Of a stretch of 39,402 nucleotides of DNA, positions 37,534 through 39,402 are shown piece by piece (the stretch's first letter is position 1; each line of letters starts with the position of its first letter). A model generated the notes under the pieces. It was not told where the DNA came from. It ran no database searches and saw only the letters and a program-made list of their open reading frames with translations. Source of the DNA: a virus (lineage: Duplodnaviria; Heunggongvirae; Uroviricota; Caudoviricetes); IMG/VR virus record IMGVR_UViG_2541047754_000004. One strand, 5' to 3'. A program made the position numbers and the translations under genes.

Positions 37534-38933
37534 CCTCGCCGCCGTAGCAATGCCACCTGCGCAAGTATGCTCCGCTCGTGAGCCTCGAAAGCTTCGCGCT
37601 TTAACGCAATCTCTTCCTGCAAAATCTCATCAGAAAAGTCGTAATGTTCTGCCATCGGGTCATCTGACTTGCTGGAGTGGTGAAGGCAAAGGAGGCTGAT
37701 TTCCCTTCGGTCTGATCGGGAATAGCCTCTTTCCTTCATCAAGGCAATAACATTGCTCTTAAGGAATTTACGGCACATCGTATTAAATGCACCGTCTTTC
37801 CCTTTAACAGTCCCATCATGTTTTATTCCTTTTACAGCCCCATCCGGGCTGTATGTTTTCACTAGCTTATCCAGTGATCGTTTTGAAAATGGCTGCATTG
37901 GATCACGCGGCTGCAAAAATACATAATCCCTGTTGCACTCAGGAACTGAATCACGCCAGGCTTTCTGCTCGTCGATAATCCGCCGGATCTCAGGCGTTAT
38001 CGGCAGGCGGAAAGCCTTTTGTGTTTTCATAGCCCCTCGCATGCCGATAACCCCTTCCGGATAAACAATTTCACCAGCCTCCTCGTGAACGTAGTCCCAG
38101 CGCAGGTTATGGACATTAATCGGACGAACACCAGTGATGATCATGAAGCGAACAGCATTCTTCTGGTGTACAGAGGTGCAGGCAGCAACATTGAGCCAGA
38201 GTCGGGCGATTGATTCAATATCGGTAAAAAGCCGTGTGGGGGTAGGTTTCTGTACGCGGGAGGAAACATAATCATCTGGCAGACTGGCGGCAACATTGCG
38301 GCCGTTGCAAAGAGTAGGTGCGCAGAACTTCCAGAACCGACGGAGCTCGGCAAACAACTCCAGGGCGTTATTGTTCGAGCGAGTGGCGATCCACTCGTCC
38401 AGCACTTCCACCAGCCGACTGTATGTTACGTCGCTGAACACCTCGCGCTCGCCGAACGTTGATTTAATCCGGTCGATACGCACCCCGTAGGTTGTGAAAC
38501 TGTCCGGGCTCAGCTTCTGACGGGCTACTTTGGCTTTGAGGTCATCCCGGTACATTTCCAGCGCTGCATGTACGGACTCTGCCCGCAGTCCACCGTCAGC
38601 CATACCTAGTGCTTTTTCGCGCGCCAGCTGGATAGCGAGCTCCGGCCACTCGCCGAGCTTTTTACCTTTGAGGCCCATCTTTTTTGGAAACTCGGCGTAA
38701 AATGTAACCTTACCGGCTTTGCTGAAATCGATACGGAGATAGTTCTCTTTTTCGTATTTGGAACGGCGAGCCACGCCGGAAGCAGCGAGGATGATTTTGG
38801 CGGCAGCAACACAGATTTTCATGTGTGCGCTGGTATAGGGGGGTTTACAGGCATCCCATTTTTCAGAAGCGGCTAAAACATCGTCATTATTGGGGCTATC
38901 CGGATTATGTGTTACAGTGCGCGGCATTCTCAA
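37530..38933 (-). CDS. Tyrosine integrase (phage integrase family)
   Basis: 467 aa; AAGGA upstream of ATG at 38933; C-terminal catalytic region with R...H..R...Y-type spacing; last phage gene before chromosomal yfhL. Confidence 0.85.
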   Translation of the reverse strand: MRMPRTVTHNPDSPNNDDVLAASEKWDACKPPYTSAHMKICVAAAKIILAASGVARRSKYEKENYLRIDFSKAGKVTFYAEFPKKMGLKGKKLGEWPELAIQLAREKALGMADGGLRAESVHAALEMYRDDLKAKVARQKLSPDSFTTYGVRIDRIKSTFGEREVFSDVTYSRLVEVLDEWIATRSNNNALELFAELRRFWKFCAPTLCNGRNVAASLPDDYVSSRVQKPTPTRLFTDIESIARLWLNVAACTSVHQKNAVRFMIITGVRPINVHNLRWDYVHEEAGEIVYPEGVIGMRGAMKTQKAFRLPITPEIRRIIDEQKAWRDSVPECNRDYVFLQPRDPMQPFSKRSLDKLVKTYSPDGAVKGIKHDGTVKGKDGAFNTMCRKFLKSNVIALMKERGYSRSDRREISLLCLHHSSKSDDPMAEHYDFSDEILQEEIALKREAFEAHERSILAQVALLRRRG

Positions 38934-39132
38934 TCCTTATCTGCGTAGGCGCAGAAAACAAGCTCACACATACAAGTCTTTTCTACGGGACAAAATGCAA
39001 TGTGTTGCGGTTTTGTGTTGCTGGACTGAGTTTATCAAGGTTAAATACACTGGATCAACATACAGTAAGTTAATGACAGTCAAGCATACAAACTCGATAC
39101 AACTTACTGATTTTAAAATGATTTAACGGTAA

Positions 39133-39402
<270 letters not shown>

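Overview
The window is almost entirely a mosaic temperate prophage (about 1..38933); its right junction abuts a chromosomal ferredoxin gene that matches E. coli yfhL (39142..39402), and its left end lies beyond the window. Gene order from the right: tyrosine integrase and a small AlpA/Xis-like gene; a plus-strand early operon with a PolA-type replication module (Cas4-like DUF2800 nuclease, DUF2815 protein, family-A DNA polymerase, VRR-NUC nuclease, SNF2-type helicase); a CI-like S24 repressor divergent from a Cro-like HTH gene; a primase/helicase; a Q-like antiterminator; then a long minus-strand late operon (holin, lambda R-like endolysin, spanin, terminase small and large subunits, portal, MuF-like protein, protease/scaffold, capsid, neck, sheath, tube, frameshifted chaperone, tape measure, P2-like baseplate, tail fibre). 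The left end is a Pin/Gin-type invertase with an invertible tail-fibre segment. The most interesting unexplained content is three AT-rich reverse-strand cargo genes inserted one by one between conserved replication genes (a GHKL-type ATPase and two membrane proteins), plus a two-gene AT-rich insert inside the baseplate module; these are candidate defence or exclusion genes of unknown family. Also notable is an iteron, DnaA-box and AT-tract cluster that looks like a replication origin. All calls rest on reading the sequence and recalled family motifs; no database search or computation was run.
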